Shown: in pieces, positions 59,901-64,000 of the stretch
Numbering within the stretch: the stretch's first letter is position 1
Layout of the letters: the number at the start of each line of letters is the position of its first letter
Source: Spirochaetia bacterium
GTDB lineage: Bacteria; Spirochaetota; Spirochaetia; UBA9216
Length of the DNA stretch: 64,000 nucleotides
Assembly (NCBI GenBank): GCA_963675665.1
Contig: OY776510.1
Location: forward strand, 3,616,001-3,680,000
Reading direction: 5' to 3'
Notes under the pieces: generated by a model
The model's database searches: none
The model's input: the letters and a program-made list of their open reading frames with translations, nothing else
Told to the model about the DNA's origin: nothing
Position numbers and translations under genes: made by a program

Positions 59901-60845
59901 ATGTTGAAGAAGTTAAAGGAATCTCAATTTCCCGAGAGAAACCTGATTATAATACTTGCGCTTCTGATAATTATCCTCAGCATCGCATCCAACAGGTTTC
60001 TTTCATACAACAATATAATGAACCTGCTGAGACAGACATCGATCATCGGAGTCATAGCAATCGGAATGACCTTTGTCATTATTTCCGCCGGAATTGATCT
60101 TTCAGTAGGATCGGTTCTTGCGTTCAGCAGTATTCTTCTTGCAATGATGATGAAAGCCGGCCTGCCGATTCCGCTGTCAATACTGCTTGCCCTTCTGGCT
60201 GGTACATCGCTCGGTATTTTAATGGGAATCCTAATACACAACGGAAGCGTTCCTGCATTTATTGCAACTCTCGGCGGCATGACCATGGTTCGTGGCGCTG
60301 TAATGCTGATTTCCGGGGCAAGAAAAATATCGGGACTTCCACGTGAATTTACACATTTTGCCGTTGAAAAATTTCTTGGAATACCCGGCATGGTCTGGGT
60401 ATGGTTTCTTATTATTATTGTTGGGCTTGTAGTTGCCCGTTATACGGTATTCGGTCGCAACGTATATGCCATCGGTTCAAACGAAGAAGCCGCCAGACTT
60501 TCCGGAATCAGAATAGGGAAAAACATGTACGGAATATATGCCTTCTGTGCTTTTACTTCATCAGTTGCGGGCATCCTTATGACTGCGCGCCTCGGTAACG
60601 GCGTTCCCACATCCGGTACAGGTTATGAACTCGATGTTATTGCTGCCGTAGTTGTCGGAGGCGCCTCGCTGAGCGGCGCTGTCGGTTCAATTCTCGGCAC
60701 AGTACTCGGAACAATAATTATTGCGACAATTCGCAACGGCGGGAATCTTCTTGGAATAAATCCATTTATACTCGATATTCTTGTCGGCGGCTTGATAGTA
60801 TTTGCCGTTCTTTTTGATCAGATGAGCAAAAAGAAAAACCGTTAA
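59901..60845 (+). CDS. sugar ABC transporter permease (RbsC type)
   Basis: GIDLSVGS, FIATLG, GSNEEAARLSG, YELDVIAAVVVGG. Confidence 0.95.
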   Translation: MLKKLKESQFPERNLIIILALLIIILSIASNRFLSYNNIMNLLRQTSIIGVIAIGMTFVIISAGIDLSVGSVLAFSSILLAMMMKAGLPIPLSILLALLAGTSLGILMGILIHNGSVPAFIATLGGMTMVRGAVMLISGARKISGLPREFTHFAVEKFLGIPGMVWVWFLIIIVGLVVARYTVFGRNVYAIGSNEEAARLSGIRIGKNMYGIYAFCAFTSSVAGILMTARLGNGVPTSGTGYELDVIAAVVVGGASLSGAVGSILGTVLGTIIIATIRNGGNLLGINPFILDILVGGLIVFAVLFDQMSKKKNR

Positions 60846-60867
60846 ATCAGTAAATTCTCCTTTTCAT

Positions 60868-60898
60868 AATTCTCCCGCCTTTCGGCGGGAGTTATTTT
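60868..60898 (+). terminator. terminator of the sugar ABC operon
   Basis: CTCCCGCC-TTTC-GGCGGGAG followed by TTATTTT. Confidence 0.8.
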
Positions 60899-60988
60899 AC
60901 ATTATTTTTATAATTAACCCTTGATTAAATACCGATTCATAAGTAAATTTTTTTTTAATAAAAATCCAAAACAAACAAGAGGCTGAGA

Positions 60989-61918
60989 ATGATAAATATT
61001 GAAAATCTCGTCAAGGACTATGGCGATACCAGGGCCCTGAACGGAATCAATGTTTCTATTCCCCGCGGTCAGGTAATCGGCCTGCTAGGTCCCAACGGGG
61101 CCGGTAAAAGCACGACCCTCAGAATACTTACAGGTTACCTCAAACCGACTTCAGGGAAGATTACAGTTAAAGGACTTGATGTTACTGAACATCCCACGGA
61201 AGTAAAAAAGATGATCGGCTACCTTCCGGAATCAGCGCCGCTTTACAGCGAGATGCTTGTTTATGATTATCTTACTTACATTGCTGACCTTCGGGGAATG
61301 AAGAAACCGGAAAAGGAAAAGCGCATAAAAGAACTTTCCCGATTATGCGGCATAAAGGAAGTCATGCATCGCCCCGTCCGTACTCTTTCAAAAGGATACA
61401 AACAGCGTGTAGGTCTTGCCCAGGCACTTATGGATGATCCGGAAATCCTGGTTCTCGATGAGCCTACTTCCGGTCTGGACCCCAACCAGATTGTTGAAAT
61501 AAGATCGATTATTCGCGAAATAGGAAAAGAAAAAACCGTTATTTTTTCAACACATATCCTGAGCGAAGCCGAAGCTGCCTGCAGTCGTATTGTTATTGTC
61601 AATAAAGGCGATATCGCGGCCGACGGTTCAACCGAAATGCTTAAAAACGCCAGAAGCAGCAGCAGAAACCTTGAAATTATAATTGGCGGTGCAGCTATTG
61701 AAGAAGTTGAAAAATTATTCAAATCCGTCGAAGGTGTTTCAATAATTGATATCAGCAATCATGAAGACGGCATTAGACTTAATATAGGATGTAATTCGGA
61801 TATGCGGAAGGACATCTATCTGATGCTGAAAAAAACCGACTGGATCCTTCTGGAAATGATTCAGCAGAAGCAGACGCTTGAAACAATATTCAGAGAAATT
61901 ACCCAGGGGGCTGCATGA
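60989..61918 (+). CDS. ABC transporter ATP-binding protein (GldA-like)
   Basis: GPNGAGKST, LSKGYKQRVGLA, LDEPTSGLDPNQ. Confidence 0.9.
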   Translation: MINIENLVKDYGDTRALNGINVSIPRGQVIGLLGPNGAGKSTTLRILTGYLKPTSGKITVKGLDVTEHPTEVKKMIGYLPESAPLYSEMLVYDYLTYIADLRGMKKPEKEKRIKELSRLCGIKEVMHRPVRTLSKGYKQRVGLAQALMDDPEILVLDEPTSGLDPNQIVEIRSIIREIGKEKTVIFSTHILSEAEAACSRIVIVNKGDIAADGSTEMLKNARSSSRNLEIIIGGAAIEEVEKLFKSVEGVSIIDISNHEDGIRLNIGCNSDMRKDIYLMLKKTDWILLEMIQQKQTLETIFREITQGAA

Positions 61919-62628
61919 TGAAAACTCAATCAACGGGGACAATAATGAAGCGCGAATTCCGCTCTTTTTTCATCTCGCCGGTTGCCTACATCGTTATTGC
62001 AATTTATCTGGCCATAACCGGGTGGTTTTTCTTTTCAACTTTTTTCCTGGCTGGCAGAGCCGATATGCGCGGCTTTTTTAACCTTATGCCCATTATATTT
62101 TCATTTACCATACCGGCGATAACAATGAGGCTTTTCAGCGAAGAATACAGTACCGGATCATTTGAAATGCTGAAAACCCAACCGCTCTCAACTGCTGATA
62201 TAGTCGGCGGAAAATTTCTTGCCTCTGTGCTTTTTATTAACCTGATGCTTGCCCCGACAGTTATCTACGCTGTCAGCATCAGCTTTATCGGCGATCTTGA
62301 CTGGGGGCCTGTTATAGGCGGATACATCGGGGCGGTGCTGCTTGCCGGGGCCTATGCGTCAATCGGCATTTTTGCATCTACTGTTACAAGAAACCAGATA
62401 GTCGCGTTTATAATCAGCGCTGCCGTCTGTATTCTTCTTTCGCTTATAGATCAGCTTACCTGGGTACTGCCGCCGGTAATCGGAAATGTTCTTGCGGCAA
62501 TCGGCACTGCTTTTCACTTCAGCAATATATCGAAAGGAATAATAGATTCACGCGATCTTCTATATTTTGCGTCTATAATTTTCATCGCACTCTATGGTGC
62601 ATGGCTGTTGAACCAGGAGAGGAATTAA
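61915..62628 (+). CDS. ABC-2 permease (GldF-like)
   Basis: FFISPVAY, PAITMRLFSEE..GSFE, NQIVA, GIIDSRDLLYF. Confidence 0.88.
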   Translation: MMKTQSTGTIMKREFRSFFISPVAYIVIAIYLAITGWFFFSTFFLAGRADMRGFFNLMPIIFSFTIPAITMRLFSEEYSTGSFEMLKTQPLSTADIVGGKFLASVLFINLMLAPTVIYAVSISFIGDLDWGPVIGGYIGAVLLAGAYASIGIFASTVTRNQIVAFIISAAVCILLSLIDQLTWVLPPVIGNVLAAIGTAFHFSNISKGIIDSRDLLYFASIIFIALYGAWLLNQERN

Positions 62629-62634
62629 AAGCAT

Positions 62635-64000
62635 ATGAACAGAAAACACGAGATAATACGTTTTGCGCTTTATGCGCTTGTTATCATACTGCTGAACATC
62701 GCTCTTCAGACAGTCTTTTTCAGAATAGACATGACCACCGACGGTTCTTTTTCTCTTACCGAAGCAAGTAAAAATATGGTTTCCGAACTCGAAGAACCTC
62801 TTACAATCAAGGTTTATATAACTGAAAACCTTCCTTATCCATACAATAATCTTGAACAGGATATCAAAGACACCCTGCAGGAATACTCACTTGCCGGCAA
62901 CAGAAATTTCAACTACGACATATACCGGATTCAGAATCTGAATGATGAAAAGGCTGAAGAATCAAGCAGTTATGAAGAAGATGCCCGTAACTACGGAATT
63001 AATCCCATTCAGATTCAGCAGGTTGATCAAAGCGAGATAAACCTCACCTCGGTTTATATGGGAGCTGCTTTCATTCATGCAGATATGATTGAAACAATTC
63101 CTGTTATTAACCCTAATGAAAATATCGAATATATAATCACTTCAACAGTCATGAAAATGCAGGCAAAAACCAGCAGACTGTTGTCTCTTGATCAGGACAT
63201 CAGAATTAAACTATTTCTTTCAAGTTCTTTATTCGATATAGCCGGCGATCTGAAAACTTACCCTGAACAGCTTGAAGCGGTTACAAATTCTCTCAATAGA
63301 GACAACTATAACAGAATCAGTTATGAATGGATTAATACAGCCGACAGTTCGCCTTCCGAAGCTGAAAAATACGGTCTTTCTCCTTTCAGTTTCAAAGACA
63401 ATTCAGGCAAGGTCAGAAATTATTATGCATCAGCCGTTATAGCCTACGGCGATGATTTCACAAGCTTCGACGTCCTGTCCCGCGGGCTTTTCGGATATTC
63501 CATTCAGGATCCTGCCGGGCTGGAAGATAATCTGAACTCGGTTATCGAACGTCTTATAGGCGTCGGCAATAAAATCATCTGGCTCAGTGATCATGGAACA
63601 GTCCAACCCTACAACAGACAGCAACAGTACGGAGAACCTACGGTTAATTCATTCATGACGCTTGTCTCGGACCGTTATAATATCGAACAGGCAGCAGTAA
63701 GCTCCGATATCCTTCCGGAAGGCGCAGGTTCAATGATAATTGCCCGGCCCCAGCCTTTCAGCCCTTTTTCCGACTGGGATCTGTACCAGATTGATCAGTT
63801 CCTGATGAAAGGCGGAAACGTTGCTGTTTTTATGGACGGCTTTATGGAATACCTGCCCCAGCAACAGGGAACTCAGCAGCAGCAACCGATTTATATTCCC
63901 CGCAACACCGGTCTTGAAAAACTGCTTGAACACTATGGTGTAACGGTTGAACAGTCCTTTGTTATGGATGAAAACTGTTTTCATCAGCAACAGCAGAGCG
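62635..64000 (+). CDS. GldG-like ABC accessory protein (3' truncated by window edge; not in ORF track)
   Basis: MNRKHEII.. TM, RIDMTTDGSFSLTEASK..LEEPLTIKVY, YGINPIQ, YQIDQFLMKGG; appears open to the window end. Confidence 0.85.
   Translation, partial: MNRKHEIIRFALYALVIILLNIALQTVFFRIDMTTDGSFSLTEASKNMVSELEEPLTIKVYITENLPYPYNNLEQDIKDTLQEYSLAGNRNFNYDIYRIQNLNDEKAEESSSYEEDARNYGINPIQIQQVDQSEINLTSVYMGAAFIHADMIETIPVINPNENIEYIITSTVMKMQAKTSRLLSLDQDIRIKLFLSSSLFDIAGDLKTYPEQLEAVTNSLNRDNYNRISYEWINTADSSPSEAEKYGLSPFSFKDNSGKVRNYYASAVIAYGDDFTSFDVLSRGLFGYSIQDPAGLEDNLNSVIERLIGVGNKIIWLSDHGTVQPYNRQQQYGEPTVNSFMTLVSDRYNIEQAAVSSDILPEGAGSMIIARPQPFSPFSDWDLYQIDQFLMKGGNVAVFMDGFMEYLPQQQGTQQQQPIYIPRNTGLEKLLEHYGVTVEQSFVMDENCFHQQQQS

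Noticed and set aside
51587-60900. tRNA-Gly-anchored genomic island
   Set aside because: No integrase, no tRNA 3'-end duplication seen, and the accessory genes lie 5' of the tRNA.

Overview
Mostly core chromosome of a spirochaete (Spirochaetales-type gene content and order). Minus-strand blocks: smc...ffh-rpsP-khpA-rimM-trmD-rplS followed by a small flagellar/c-di-GMP module; coaD-rpmF-acpP-rnc; and mltG-dnaG-rpoD-Zn-ribbon-rnpB-TPR-mreBCD-mrdA-rodA-radical SAM. The window also has flagellin, cca, mazG, a CHASE2 adenylate cyclase, three tRNAs (Tyr, Thr, Gly; none encodes CCA), a LacI sugar-ABC cassette and a GldA/F/G-like ABC system that runs off the end. I saw no IS, integrase, prophage or CRISPR array. 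Items not in the ORF track: a 28-bp dif-like XerCD site (5316-5343) where transcription converges; an enlarged RNase P RNA with hairpin insertions; a 47-aa FlgM-like ORF; a CTG start for yraN; several leaderless promoters; sigma28/CsrA signals; a doubled LacI operator; and an internally deleted DUF3524 glycosyltransferase pseudogene. No wholly new system can be shown from sequence alone. The best candidates are the flagellar switch/HD-GYP/FlgM-like module and the 1394-aa barrel-Ig8-OmpA envelope protein. All family calls come from motif recognition, not database searches.
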